Shown piece by piece: positions 38,711 through 48,998 of a DNA stretch of 64,000 bases; position 1 is the stretch's first letter; every line of letters starts with the position of its first letter. Source of the DNA: a virus; IMG/VR virus record IMGVR_UViG_3300025401_000022, positions 16,309-80,308 of that record. The stretch is one strand, 5' to 3'. The position numbers and the translations under genes were made by a program. The notes beneath the pieces were generated by a model that saw nothing but the letters and a program-made list of their open reading frames with translations, did not search any database and had not been told where the DNA came from.

Positions 38711-38976
38711 CGATTTATGTCAATAAAAACAACCAGCAGTTCTTCCCCTTTGTGCCAGAAATGTCGAGCTGGGAAGACTGGAACGGTAATTTTATTATTT
38801 ACTATGGCCAGCTTAATATACCATACAATCCCGAAGAAAATTGGAAAGACACGGCCAGCGTAATTGCCAGTACGTTTACGTTTTCCGCGTTTCCAGTTCC
38901 GACCCCGGATGACTTTGAAAACTGGCAAGATTGGGCTAAAGAAGTCACGCTAATAATCAACGGTAAGAGCCACTAA
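38707..38976 (+). CDS. Hypothetical tail-module protein
   Basis: Trp-rich; ATGA coupling. Confidence 0.65.
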   Translation: MTIYVNKNNQQFFPFVPEMSSWEDWNGNFIIYYGQLNIPYNPEENWKDTASVIASTFTFSAFPVPTPDDFENWQDWAKEVTLIINGKSH

Positions 38977-38979
38977 TAG

Positions 38980-39009
38980 GGGCGCAAAGCCCCAAAAACG
39001 CGTATTAGT
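38980..39009 (+). promoter_or_regulatory. Bipartite promoter GGGCG-N15-GCGTATTAGT upstream of the ejection-protein operon
   Basis: GGGCG 38980-84; motif 39000-09. Confidence 0.75.
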
Positions 39010-39035
39010 GTATATAGGAACATCTCGGATATAAA

Positions 39036-39416
39036 ATGACACCATCACAGATTATCGCAGCGGATCACAAACGCTTTGGCCATAGCCAAGCGGATACTGC
39101 TCGTTTGATGGAAACCATGCAAGCCATGATTAAAAAAGATGTAGGCCATTTAGTGCAGCATGGAGATTCACTTTTGTTTTTAGCAAACCTTGGCAATAAA
39201 TCAGCCGAGATTAGCTTTTTTACTACAGATACCCCACAAAAAATTAAATCTGCTATGGTGTATTTTATTAAGCAAGTAAAACATGCTGGGTTTAATAAAG
39301 TATACGGCCAAGATGGCGGCCCGATATTAAATAAAACTTTACCTCTATTGCAAAAATTAGGGCTTAATATAGAAAAGTCTGACAAACCAACTTATTACTG
39401 GATGGCAGATTTATGA
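39036..39416 (+). CDS. Hypothetical protein
   Basis: ORF track. Confidence 0.6.
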   Translation: MTPSQIIAADHKRFGHSQADTARLMETMQAMIKKDVGHLVQHGDSLLFLANLGNKSAEISFFTTDTPQKIKSAMVYFIKQVKHAGFNKVYGQDGGPILNKTLPLLQKLGLNIEKSDKPTYYWMADL

Positions 39417-42400
39417 GCGGCGGAAATCCGATAAGTGCTGTAACAGACGCTTTTTCGAGTGCCCTTGGTACTGATGGTAGCCATGGTGGTTTATTGGGTC
39501 TTGGTGCCCAATTAGATAAATCAGTACGACAAGTTGTTCCTGGAGGCTGGGCTACTATTGGTTTAGCTGCTCTAGCTATTGCCGCGCCGTATGCAGCACC
39601 CGAATTATTTGCTGCGGCCCCAACTAGCATTGGTTTTGATGCTGCTGCAACAGGCGCTTCAGCTGGTATGACCGCTGGGGGAGTCGGTGCTTCTGGTGGA
39701 ATTTTAGGTGGTGCTGCCACAACAGCTGCCGGTATTACAGGTACTGAGGCAGCCGCTGGATTAGGTTTAGGCGCTGCTGCAAATGCTGGACTGTCTCCAG
39801 CTGTTGCGTCGATGTTAAGCTCGGCGCAGACTGGTGCGTTAACCGGTGGTGCTATGGGTGGTATTAACAGTGCTATTCGTGGAACTGACCCGTTAACGGG
39901 CATTTTGTCCGGTGCGTTGATGGGTGGATTAACTGGTGCATCTTTAGCAGATGTATCTAGTTTATTAGCCGCTAATGGTGTTCCACAATCCATGATTCAG
40001 CCAATGTCTTCTGCATTAGTTGGTGCTGCAAAATCTGTAGCAGCCGGCGCGGACCCTGTTACTGTATTAGAAAATACCGCGTTAAGTTCTGGGCTGGGCG
40101 CTCTATCTAATTCAGCTAAAGCATTAATCTCACCAGACATTGGTACTACCGCATCTAATATTGCTACCAGTGCCGGTACTGGTGCATTGGGTTCTGCTAT
40201 TAAGGGTGGGGACCCAACAACGGGGGCATTAAGTGGGGCTGTTGGTTCTGGATTAAATTCTTTGATGGCCCCAGTTGCAAATATTTTGTCATCGGCTTCT
40301 TCAACATCACCGTACGACCCAACAGTTGCTCAGACACCTGTAGATCCAGCCAGCACAGTACTCGGGCAGCAGCTATCACAAGAAGCGCAGACTATTGGTA
40401 GTCAGGCTTCTGCGTTAGAACCGACTATTGCACAGCAAAATGCTGCCTTAGCTTCACAAGCTACAGCTACAAACAGCGCTTACGATCAGGCATATAAAGA
40501 TCAAACAGCGTTAAATAACGCAATTAGCAGCGCATACACTCCAGCATATAATAATGTTGTGAGTTTACAAAAAACAGCAAATGATTTATACAGTCAGATT
40601 ACTCCACTACAATCTGCCTACGATACAAATGCTGCTGCTTACAAGGCAGACCCAACAAATACAACGGCGTTGACAGCGGCTAATGACGCAGCAACTCAAT
40701 TAAATAATTTAATACCTCAGTATAATTCAGCATATGATGCGTTTAATACCGCAAATACCTCGTTAACTGATTTATACAACACACAAATTGCCCCGTTACA
40801 GCAGACGTTCCAAGCTAGCAATCAATCATTGCAAACACAACTTGGTAATTATACTGCAGCTCAAACGGCACTACAAAACACAACGCAGCAATTTAGCACT
40901 TATTTATCTAACCTAAACCAGATCGCTAGCGGTAATTTGGTTAGTGGCGTGAACGCCCCGGAGACATCTTTAGGTAACGCAAATGCGGTTTCGCAAATAC
41001 CTGCAGCTCCTGAATCAAATCCAATCACTGATGCTGCTAGCGCGGTACTGAATGCGATTATACCAAGTGCAAATGCTGCTGAGCCCATCCCCGGTGATAA
41101 GGGCTCAGTAACAGTTCAAAATATTGGTGACAATACCACAACCGCAGCCCCAGACAATCCAGTAGTAGATGTATCTGCGCCAGATTCACAAGGTAATGTT
41201 ACAAAAACCTACGCTTCTGGTGATGCTATTACATTGAATGCTAATGGAGATGTTGTTTCATCAACAACTCCAGATGGAGTTACAACGCCAATAACACCTG
41301 CAGATAGTTCCGCACCTGTCGATAATACAACACCAGCAACAAGTACGGGTGTTTCATCTTCAGATGTTGTGGCTAATTTGGCTGCAAATCAACCAGCAAG
41401 TACACCAGTAGACCAACCAGTGACTCCACCGGTACAACAACCGGTAAGTACTCCGGTAGACCAACCAGTGACTCCACCGGTACAACAACCGGTAAGTACT
41501 CCGGTAGACCAACCAGTGACTCCACCGGTACAACAACCGGTAAGTACTCCGGTAGACCAACCAGTGACTCCACCGGTACAACAACCGGTAAGTACTCCGG
41601 TAGACCAACCAGTGACTCCACCGGTACAACAACCGGTAAGTACGGATACTGGTGGCCTTGCAAATACTCCAGTATCCCAGCCAACAACAAGTGGTGGATT
41701 ACCAGTACCTGTTAACCAAGTAACTAATCCTGATAGCAGTGTAACAACTACTTACTCAGATGGTAGCCAATCTACTTCTTCTGGTACAACAGCTATTGGT
41801 GGCTTAACAGCTGGTACAAGTACAGGTACAAGCACTGGAACCACTACAGCTGGTACAGGTACAAGCACTGGAACCACTACAGCTGGTACAGGTACAGGTG
41901 CAGGTACAAGCACTGGAACCACTACAGCTGGTACAGGCAGTACATCAACTGGTACAGGCAGTACATCAACTGGTACAGGCAGTACATCAACTGGTACAGG
42001 CAGTACATCAACTGGATTAGGCAATTTAGGAATGGCTACAACAGGAACAACACAAACTTTAGGAGGCGTGGCTTTGCCAACAGCTAAGACAATTAAGGGC
42101 ACGCAGATCGCCTCACCTTTGGCCCAATCATATAATGTGCCAATCGAAACATATCAGCAGCCGACATACAACCCACAGTCTTTAGCTGAAATTCAAAATG
42201 CCGCTGAAGGCGGATTAATACACATGGCTAGTGGTGGTTCTGCTGATTTTCCAGCAGCTCAGGGCTTAATGCACGGTCGCATGACCAAGCATGCTGATTT
42301 ATTTGGTTTAGATGGCGCTGCACTAGCACAAGCACCACATTTAGCTGCTGGCGGTAATATGGCATTTGAAGACCGCACATTACCAGAGGGGCACAATCCT

Positions 42401-42694
42401 CAGTTCTTTAGCGAAGGTGGATTAAATTCAATCCATCACCGCTATGTAACTGGCCAAGGTGATGGCACTAGCGACTCTATTCCAGCGATGTTAGCAAACG
42501 GTGAGTTTGTTATTCCCGCTGATGTGGTATCATCACTGGGTAACGGCAGCAATGATAGTGGTGCTAAGGTATTAGACGAGTTCCTTAAAACAATCAGAGA
42601 GCATAAGCGTAAAGCTGATGCCAAACACCTACCACCTGACAGCAAGGGCGCGTTGGGTTATTTATTAGAAGCAAAAAGAAAAGCGAGCAAATAA
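39413..42694 (+). CDS. Putative internal virion/ejection protein
   Basis: G/A-rich hydrophobic N-terminus, coiled coil, P/T repeats; C-terminal GDGTSDSIPAMLANGEFVIPADVV. Confidence 0.7.
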   Translation: MSGGNPISAVTDAFSSALGTDGSHGGLLGLGAQLDKSVRQVVPGGWATIGLAALAIAAPYAAPELFAAAPTSIGFDAAATGASAGMTAGGVGASGGILGGAATTAAGITGTEAAAGLGLGAAANAGLSPAVASMLSSAQTGALTGGAMGGINSAIRGTDPLTGILSGALMGGLTGASLADVSSLLAANGVPQSMIQPMSSALVGAAKSVAAGADPVTVLENTALSSGLGALSNSAKALISPDIGTTASNIATSAGTGALGSAIKGGDPTTGALSGAVGSGLNSLMAPVANILSSASSTSPYDPTVAQTPVDPASTVLGQQLSQEAQTIGSQASALEPTIAQQNAALASQATATNSAYDQAYKDQTALNNAISSAYTPAYNNVVSLQKTANDLYSQITPLQSAYDTNAAAYKADPTNTTALTAANDAATQLNNLIPQYNSAYDAFNTANTSLTDLYNTQIAPLQQTFQASNQSLQTQLGNYTAAQTALQNTTQQFSTYLSNLNQIASGNLVSGVNAPETSLGNANAVSQIPAAPESNPITDAASAVLNAIIPSANAAEPIPGDKGSVTVQNIGDNTTTAAPDNPVVDVSAPDSQGNVTKTYASGDAITLNANGDVVSSTTPDGVTTPITPADSSAPVDNTTPATSTGVSSSDVVANLAANQPASTPVDQPVTPPVQQPVSTPVDQPVTPPVQQPVSTPVDQPVTPPVQQPVSTPVDQPVTPPVQQPVSTPVDQPVTPPVQQPVSTDTGGLANTPVSQPTTSGGLPVPVNQVTNPDSSVTTTYSDGSQSTSSGTTAIGGLTAGTSTGTSTGTTTAGTGTSTGTTTAGTGTGAGTSTGTTTAGTGSTSTGTGSTSTGTGSTSTGTGSTSTGLGNLGMATTGTTQTLGGVALPTAKTIKGTQIASPLAQSYNVPIETYQQPTYNPQSLAEIQNAAEGGLIHMASGGSADFPAAQGLMHGRMTKHADLFGLDGAALAQAPHLAAGGNMAFEDRTLPEGHNPQFFSEGGLNSIHHRYVTGQGDGTSDSIPAMLANGEFVIPADVVSSLGNGSNDSGAKVLDEFLKTIREHKRKADAKHLPPDSKGALGYLLEAKRKASK
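41399..41643 (+). repeat. 48-bp coding tandem repeat x5 (STPVDQPVTPPVQQPV)
   Basis: GACCAACCAG recurs at 41411, 41459, 41507, 41555, 41603. Confidence 0.9.
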
Positions 42695-43728
42695 TGGCAA
42701 CAACTGGATCCTCTGGATTAAATAACGCGCTATCAAACACCGCGGTCACCCAGACCACGCTACCGAGTTGGTATGATACCGCGCAACAAAATATCATTAA
42801 CCAAGCTGGCACAGCGCAGCAGGCTGCTCCGCAGTTTCAAAATACTGCTGCTCAGGGTGCAGTTAATACGCTTCAAGGTGCTAATAATCCATTTACCCAA
42901 GCATCTGGCACATTAAATACAATTGCTCAGGGTGCCGCTAACCCTTGGATCGTAGATCAAAGCACTGGTGCTGTAACACCGAATACCAGTACCGCTTTAG
43001 GTGGATTATTTGCTGCTCAAGGCCAGCAACTTAACACCATGCTGCCATCTCTCACTTCTGGCGCAGAAGGTGCAGCAATCGGTTCGGGTAACTTTGGTAG
43101 CTTGCGTGGTCAGACAGCGGTTGACACTGCTAAGACCCAAGCACTCGCTAATTTGCAAGCACAACAGATGCAATCTGCGTTGCAAAACCAACAGACTGGT
43201 GTATCGGCTTCAACCGGTTTGGGCAACGTTGGTGCACAAGGTATTTCTTCTGGTTTAACAACTGGTGCAGCTCAAATGAATGCGCCGTTCCAAGGAGTTA
43301 CAAACTATGCCAACTTGGTCAATGCAGTCAACGCACCTACTACAGCATCACAGCAAACTCAGTTATCACCATTAAACATGTTGGGTTCAATTGGAAGTGC
43401 TGGCACTGGTTTATTAAATAGTTTGTTACCGACTGGGGTATCTGGAACTTCGGGATATAATCCGGGGGTTCTTAACCAACTCCAAAGTTTGTTCCCATCG
43501 CTTTTCGGAAGTAACAGTAGTGGTTCTAGCAATTCTATATACAACCCAAATATTGTGTCGACCGGCGGTAGTGGTACAGTTACAACCAATGACGGACTTT
43601 CAAATATCAATACTGGTGGTACTGGCGGTACATCTACTGTGGTTGATAATACAACCGGGCAAGTATTAAACACAACATCTAACCAAACTTTGCAAGACCA
43701 GCAAGTTGCTCAAGATCTACAACAATAA
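42694..43728 (+). CDS. Putative ejection (DNA transfer) protein
   Basis: Q/A/G-rich; TTLPSWY; GNFGSLR. Confidence 0.65.
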   Translation: MATTGSSGLNNALSNTAVTQTTLPSWYDTAQQNIINQAGTAQQAAPQFQNTAAQGAVNTLQGANNPFTQASGTLNTIAQGAANPWIVDQSTGAVTPNTSTALGGLFAAQGQQLNTMLPSLTSGAEGAAIGSGNFGSLRGQTAVDTAKTQALANLQAQQMQSALQNQQTGVSASTGLGNVGAQGISSGLTTGAAQMNAPFQGVTNYANLVNAVNAPTTASQQTQLSPLNMLGSIGSAGTGLLNSLLPTGVSGTSGYNPGVLNQLQSLFPSLFGSNSSGSSNSIYNPNIVSTGGSGTVTTNDGLSNINTGGTGGTSTVVDNTTGQVLNTTSNQTLQDQQVAQDLQQ

Positions 43729-43737
43729 GGAATAATT

Positions 43738-46008
43738 ATGGCAGGCTTAGACAATATTCCAAAATACGAAGATGGTGGTGAAGTTGTGGTAACCCCAGCA
43801 AGCGTTAAGGGACAACCCACCGTTGCTGGTAAAGTTCCACTTGACCCAACTGAAACAGCTAACATTTTGGCTGGTATGCAACAAATGCTTGACGAGCGCA
43901 CTGGCCCAATGGCTCAGTTTATGAGCGGATTAAAAGATGCCGCAGCTTGGACAGCCGGTGGCGCACAGGGCCCTAGTGAAGCGTTAAACCAACGCGCTAT
44001 TGTAAAAAATGCCGAAGACAAAGACCTCATGGGCATTCGTAGCCAAATGGCTACTTACCGCAGCGCTGCAGCTCAAAACGAAATAGCTAAGCAACATCTT
44101 CAAAATTTGATGGGTGGTTCTGGAACTATCCCTGGCATTGCAGGTACTGCTTCCCAACACGCTAAATTGCTAAACGATCCCAATATACAATTACGTATGT
44201 CAGCATTACCTGAATGGGATTATCAAGGCCGTTTAGATATTCTTGGCGACGCAGCTAAAACTGAATTTGGTAATATTTCTAAGAGCCGTTCTGAAGCTGC
44301 TTCAAACACTCCGCAGGATTATATGATCCCGGGTGTTGGTCCAATGCGCATGACTCCAAATCAATTTAATGATTTACCGCAAGATATTAAACAGAAAATT
44401 GAAATGGAAACCCTTAAGCAGTTTGGTAAGTTGCCTGGTGCCCCTGTAACTGGTACAGCAAATACCCCATCTGCTGCTACGGGAACTCAAACAACAGCCC
44501 CAACTGGTGATGCTGCTGCTGCACGTGTCGCTACTAATGAGTCTGGTGCTAATCCAAACGTCGGTTACCATGACTTGTCTAAGAGCTCTGCTTACGGAAC
44601 TTATGGTATTACTAAAGGTGCTTACCAAGACATTCAAGCGGCTAATCCTAAATTCAAAGATCGTCCAATTACTTCACTTACTCCTGCTGAGCAAACTGAA
44701 GCGTTTAATACGTATCGCCAGTTATCTGGTAATCGCTTGTCACAATTAGGTGTTGAGACTTCACAGCCAAATTTAGACTTGGCGCATTTCTTGGGTGCCG
44801 ATGGCGCTGCAAGATTCCTAAAGAATGGCACCATTAGTGACGCAGCTGCCGCCGCTAACGGCGGTAGAGAAAAAGCAACGGCAATTGCTCAAAGCCTTTT
44901 AGGTGGCAAACCAACTACCGTATCCCCTGCTGCAGGACAACAAACTGCCCCATTGCCTCCTCACCCGTCAACCATTAAGCCTGCTGCTCCAATCGGTGCT
45001 GCTACTCCTACAGTTAATGAGTGGGATGACAACACTAAGATGTTGCCTAAGAATGAATGGGACGACAATACTAGAATGTTACCAGGCCATGCTGCTCCTG
45101 CCGCTGCTCCTGCCGCTGCTCCTGCCGCTGCTCCTGCCGCTGCTCCTGCCGCTGCTCCTTCTCTTTCACCAATCTCTTCTGCAGCTGCAGCTCCGGCTCC
45201 GGCTCCGGTTGCTACAGAGCCTCAGCCAGATCCAGCTAAATATGGTAGTAACTATGAAGCATTTAAAAATGATTTAGCTGCGTGGCAAAAACGTCAAGAA
45301 GAACGTGCTAAAGGTCTTGGAACTGCTTCAACTAAGACAGCTGAGCAAGATACCGATAAGAAAAATGAGTATCGTGATAGCCTTGATACAACTCAAAAAA
45401 CTTTTGACCAGTATGACCGTTTATTGAGTACTTCTAAAGGTAACTCAAATGCGTTTAATTTGGCTGGTGGTTTTGTTGGTTCTGCAGCAGCTAAAGTAAC
45501 ACCGCAGTTAAGCTCAGACCCTTCTGAACACCATGCAATTGCTAGAACTTGGTTCTCCAATAGTCCATTGTATACTCACTTTAAAAATATTGATCAAGGT
45601 GCTGCTGAAGCACAAGCTGCTTGGGCTAAAAACTTAGTGCAAGGTGCTGGTGGTCGATTGACCAACGCTGATTTGCAACTTGGTAAGCCTGCTAAGGGTG
45701 TTGGTGTTGAGACTACCTATGAGTCACACATGGCAAACTTAGCTAAAAACATGCAAGATATTCGCACTGCGTATTATCGCGCAGTTGAGTTCCAAAAATG
45801 GGAAAAACAACATCCTGAAGGGACAGCTGCCCAGTTTGAATTGACACCATACTATCAAACTTATTCTAAAGTGGATGCTGCAAGGGACGTAGCTAAGAAG
45901 TTTTTAGATGTTCCTGAAGTTATTGGTAAGGGTAGTGATAAATACATTCACAAAGATACAAACGGCAAACCTTATGTAATAGTTAACGGAGAGGCTTACC
46001 CACTATAA
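43738..46008 (+). CDS. Ejection protein with lytic transglycosylase-like domain
   Basis: NESGAN..SSAYGTYGIT..LAHFLGADGA. Confidence 0.7.
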   Translation: MAGLDNIPKYEDGGEVVVTPASVKGQPTVAGKVPLDPTETANILAGMQQMLDERTGPMAQFMSGLKDAAAWTAGGAQGPSEALNQRAIVKNAEDKDLMGIRSQMATYRSAAAQNEIAKQHLQNLMGGSGTIPGIAGTASQHAKLLNDPNIQLRMSALPEWDYQGRLDILGDAAKTEFGNISKSRSEAASNTPQDYMIPGVGPMRMTPNQFNDLPQDIKQKIEMETLKQFGKLPGAPVTGTANTPSAATGTQTTAPTGDAAAARVATNESGANPNVGYHDLSKSSAYGTYGITKGAYQDIQAANPKFKDRPITSLTPAEQTEAFNTYRQLSGNRLSQLGVETSQPNLDLAHFLGADGAARFLKNGTISDAAAAANGGREKATAIAQSLLGGKPTTVSPAAGQQTAPLPPHPSTIKPAAPIGAATPTVNEWDDNTKMLPKNEWDDNTRMLPGHAAPAAAPAAAPAAAPAAAPAAAPSLSPISSAAAAPAPAPVATEPQPDPAKYGSNYEAFKNDLAAWQKRQEERAKGLGTASTKTAEQDTDKKNEYRDSLDTTQKTFDQYDRLLSTSKGNSNAFNLAGGFVGSAAAKVTPQLSSDPSEHHAIARTWFSNSPLYTHFKNIDQGAAEAQAAWAKNLVQGAGGRLTNADLQLGKPAKGVGVETTYESHMANLAKNMQDIRTAYYRAVEFQKWEKQHPEGTAAQFELTPYYQTYSKVDAARDVAKKFLDVPEVIGKGSDKYIHKDTNGKPYVIVNGEAYPL
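45091..45158 (+). repeat. 12-bp coding tandem repeat (AAPA)
   Basis: GCTGCTCCTGCC, about 5.5 copies. Confidence 0.85.
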
Positions 46009-48998
46009 TGAGCGACGATAACAGATATACCCCGCTACCTAAAGAACTGCATACCCACGACGCTGGGGTAACTCCCCAGCCAGTAGTTACTGAAGGTAAT
46101 GCTGGAAACTATGCCCCAGTACCGATAAACCAAGTACAAACTGGTGGTGAAGACCCGCAAATAAAACATCCTTCTGCCTATTCTGCTAACGATTACGGTT
46201 TAGTTGGAGCTGGTTTGGGTCTTACTGGCGCAGAAACATTAAATACGGCAAAATTAGCTGGTGAGAAATTGGGCATTGTTCCGCAGAGTTTGCAAAGATA
46301 TGCGGATACTCAGATTGGGCACAAGTTTAATCTCCCTTTGGAAGCATTAAAAAAGGAAGCTGGGGTGCCTTATGATTTGGAAACATACCCACTAATTCAA
46401 CGTGCAATTAAAAAGGTATCGGGTTCGGAAGCGGTTCCAGATGCGTACAAAAAAGTATATACTGTTGGCCCAAATGGTAAGCCTGTGTTTAGCCACATGG
46501 AAATTACTCCGGGCACACCTGAAGTCCCTCCGGTTGACCTTAGCAAATATAAAAGAACCCCAATGCAGATTGCAAAACACTTTGGTGAGTTGCCTGTGCG
46601 CGCGGGTGTAGCTGGTTATGATATTGGCCGTGGTCTTAGCGATCCTACTTCCATTGGTGGTTTGGCTGACATCGGCGCAGGTATTTCTGCCGCTGCAGCT
46701 CCGCTTTTAAAAGGTAAAGCAAAAACTATTGCTAACGTAGCTGGTGCATTGCCTATCGTTGGTGGTCTTATTCCAGGTGCTAGCGCTGCTCCATTAAAGC
46801 CACATGAAGTTGCTGGTACTGCTGTTGACTTAGCCACTGGTTGGATGTCACCTACTGAGTTAGGTAAAGGCACAACGCAACCTGAAAATGAAGCATACTA
46901 TCCCGGTATGACTGGTATTTTACATGGCACAACACTTCCACCCGGCCATGCCGAAGGGGGTGACATAAAAAAGTCTCCGGCCAGTATAGCTGGCACCCTA
47001 CAAGAGGTTGGTACAGTACAGGGACCTAGCCTTGCATCAAAGTGGGCTGAGCACTTAGCCTCACTGCCACAGACCACAGAAGACAATCTGCGTCACCAGC
47101 AAGACGTAATGAACCGCGCCATGCCTATCAGCATGAACAACGGCAAACTTGAGTTTGGTCAGGCTGACCCAGAGGCAATGCGCGAGATGACCGACATGGT
47201 ATCTGGTATTGGTGGTATGACTAAGGTTGTCAAAGATCCGATTATCAACGCGCTGTCAAAAGTAATGGAGCCGATTAAAAAATCTGGCGCACAACTGGCA
47301 CGCGAGGCTGAGTACGTTCACGATGTAAGACCAACACACAATTTCTCAGAAGCACCAAAAATTAGTATCCAGGACTTACAGGGTGGATACTTAGTTGGTG
47401 TCCCTGGAGATAGGTCACTGGCAGGGCACTCATTAGTATCTGTAAACGGTGTGCCGCTTAGTAAAGATACTGGATTGTACGGTGGCCCGCGTTATGGTCA
47501 GCGTAAATCTGACCTTGGTGAAGATACATTTTGGGCATCAAAAAGCGGCGCCGCAACTGCGCTGCAAAACAAAGCAAGAAGAGCTGCGGAATTAGCTGGG
47601 GATAATCCAGTGTTTGGTATGTATACTGCCATGGCACCAGACTCTTCTAACTTTGCGTTACACCACACAGAGGCTTTGGTAAATCAATTAGATGCTTTAA
47701 ATCCAAACAAAGCTAAATTACGTGCATTTGATAATATGATTCGCGATAGCTACCCAGAATTTTTGGGTATGAACCATCCGGAAGTAATGAATCAATTTGC
47801 TGCCAATTCTGAATTAAGAAAGCACGTTGCTGACAGACTAAACAAAACTAAAATTGTTGCTCAGTATGATATGCCAAGTGGTGAAGCTACAATTCATGCG
47901 ATTACTGACCCAAGTTTAAGAAACGTAAAGACTGGTTCTACTGGTTATTCTGTTGGTGAATTAAATCCTTTTGCTTCGCTGACATCGGAAACAGAACATC
48001 CGACCTACGACACAAAAATTCCGGGTAAGTTTAAAGGTCAAATGATTGCGCAATTACCTTGGGAACATTATTTCCCAGACGCAGCTAAACAGATTGCTGC
48101 TGACCCAAAACAAGCACCCTATGCTTGGGGCACCTTCAAAATGGGTGACTACAATCAACCTGTAACTCAAGAGTTAGTGGATAAGATTGCACCGATTGAA
48201 GAAATGGTTAAGTCAGCAGCCAAAGACTTTGGGTATGAAAATGCAGTAAAACAAATGGCTGCTCCAACTACCGCTGCAGCACCAGCGGTTAACCGCATCA
48301 ATATGAATTACAAAGATGTTACTAAGCGCATTCCAGAGTTGCAAGAGTCTGCACAACAAATTATGGCGGGTACTGGTTCGCGTGAGGCACATGAGGCTTT
48401 AGTAAATACACATAAGCCTGTATTACCTTTTGACTTTGTTCCTAAGCCAGCAACTCCGGAAGAGGCAATTGGTGCGCTATCAGCAGATAAAAAAGATCTG
48501 TATGGTGTCCCATCCAAAACACTACAAGCCGGTCACCCCGTTGGTTTACGTTTAGATATTCCAGCGTACTCTAATCACGGAGTATGGGTTCCGACTGTGC
48601 ATGAGCAGGCCTCTGGCTTTGGTGCCGGTAAGGCAATCGGGCATGAGAGTGTTGCTTCTGTTTTAAATCCTCAGTTTGGTATGTCAGATAAAGCAGCACT
48701 CAGTATTGCTTCTGGTAAACCAAAAGGCACTATTGCAACTATTAAAGGTAACTGGAATCCAGTTGACCAAGAGCAAGCTGTTGCAAACGCTCAAGAGTAT
48801 TTAAACCATCCTGACTGGCGTCAAGTTGGTATGGACCCAGAGCGTCATGGTTATTTTTATGATCGTGAAACAATGGAGCCAATCACACATGCCGAAGAGG
48901 CGCTGCAGATTGGCCCATTGGTCCTAGCTAAAAAACCTGTTTACGGCAACAAAGAAGATTTTAAGTTTGCTGATGGTGGTTTAGCTCACTTACGGTAA
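46008..48998 (+). CDS. Large putative internal virion protein
   Basis: Last gene of the virion arm; ends FADGGLAHLR. Confidence 0.65.
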   Translation: MSDDNRYTPLPKELHTHDAGVTPQPVVTEGNAGNYAPVPINQVQTGGEDPQIKHPSAYSANDYGLVGAGLGLTGAETLNTAKLAGEKLGIVPQSLQRYADTQIGHKFNLPLEALKKEAGVPYDLETYPLIQRAIKKVSGSEAVPDAYKKVYTVGPNGKPVFSHMEITPGTPEVPPVDLSKYKRTPMQIAKHFGELPVRAGVAGYDIGRGLSDPTSIGGLADIGAGISAAAAPLLKGKAKTIANVAGALPIVGGLIPGASAAPLKPHEVAGTAVDLATGWMSPTELGKGTTQPENEAYYPGMTGILHGTTLPPGHAEGGDIKKSPASIAGTLQEVGTVQGPSLASKWAEHLASLPQTTEDNLRHQQDVMNRAMPISMNNGKLEFGQADPEAMREMTDMVSGIGGMTKVVKDPIINALSKVMEPIKKSGAQLAREAEYVHDVRPTHNFSEAPKISIQDLQGGYLVGVPGDRSLAGHSLVSVNGVPLSKDTGLYGGPRYGQRKSDLGEDTFWASKSGAATALQNKARRAAELAGDNPVFGMYTAMAPDSSNFALHHTEALVNQLDALNPNKAKLRAFDNMIRDSYPEFLGMNHPEVMNQFAANSELRKHVADRLNKTKIVAQYDMPSGEATIHAITDPSLRNVKTGSTGYSVGELNPFASLTSETEHPTYDTKIPGKFKGQMIAQLPWEHYFPDAAKQIAADPKQAPYAWGTFKMGDYNQPVTQELVDKIAPIEEMVKSAAKDFGYENAVKQMAAPTTAAAPAVNRINMNYKDVTKRIPELQESAQQIMAGTGSREAHEALVNTHKPVLPFDFVPKPATPEEAIGALSADKKDLYGVPSKTLQAGHPVGLRLDIPAYSNHGVWVPTVHEQASGFGAGKAIGHESVASVLNPQFGMSDKAALSIASGKPKGTIATIKGNWNPVDQEQAVANAQEYLNHPDWRQVGMDPERHGYFYDRETMEPITHAEEALQIGPLVLAKKPVYGNKEDFKFADGGLAHLR

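Noticed and set aside
41399-41643. CRISPR-like periodic repeat
   Set aside because: Contiguous 48-bp units with no unique spacers, in frame within a CDS
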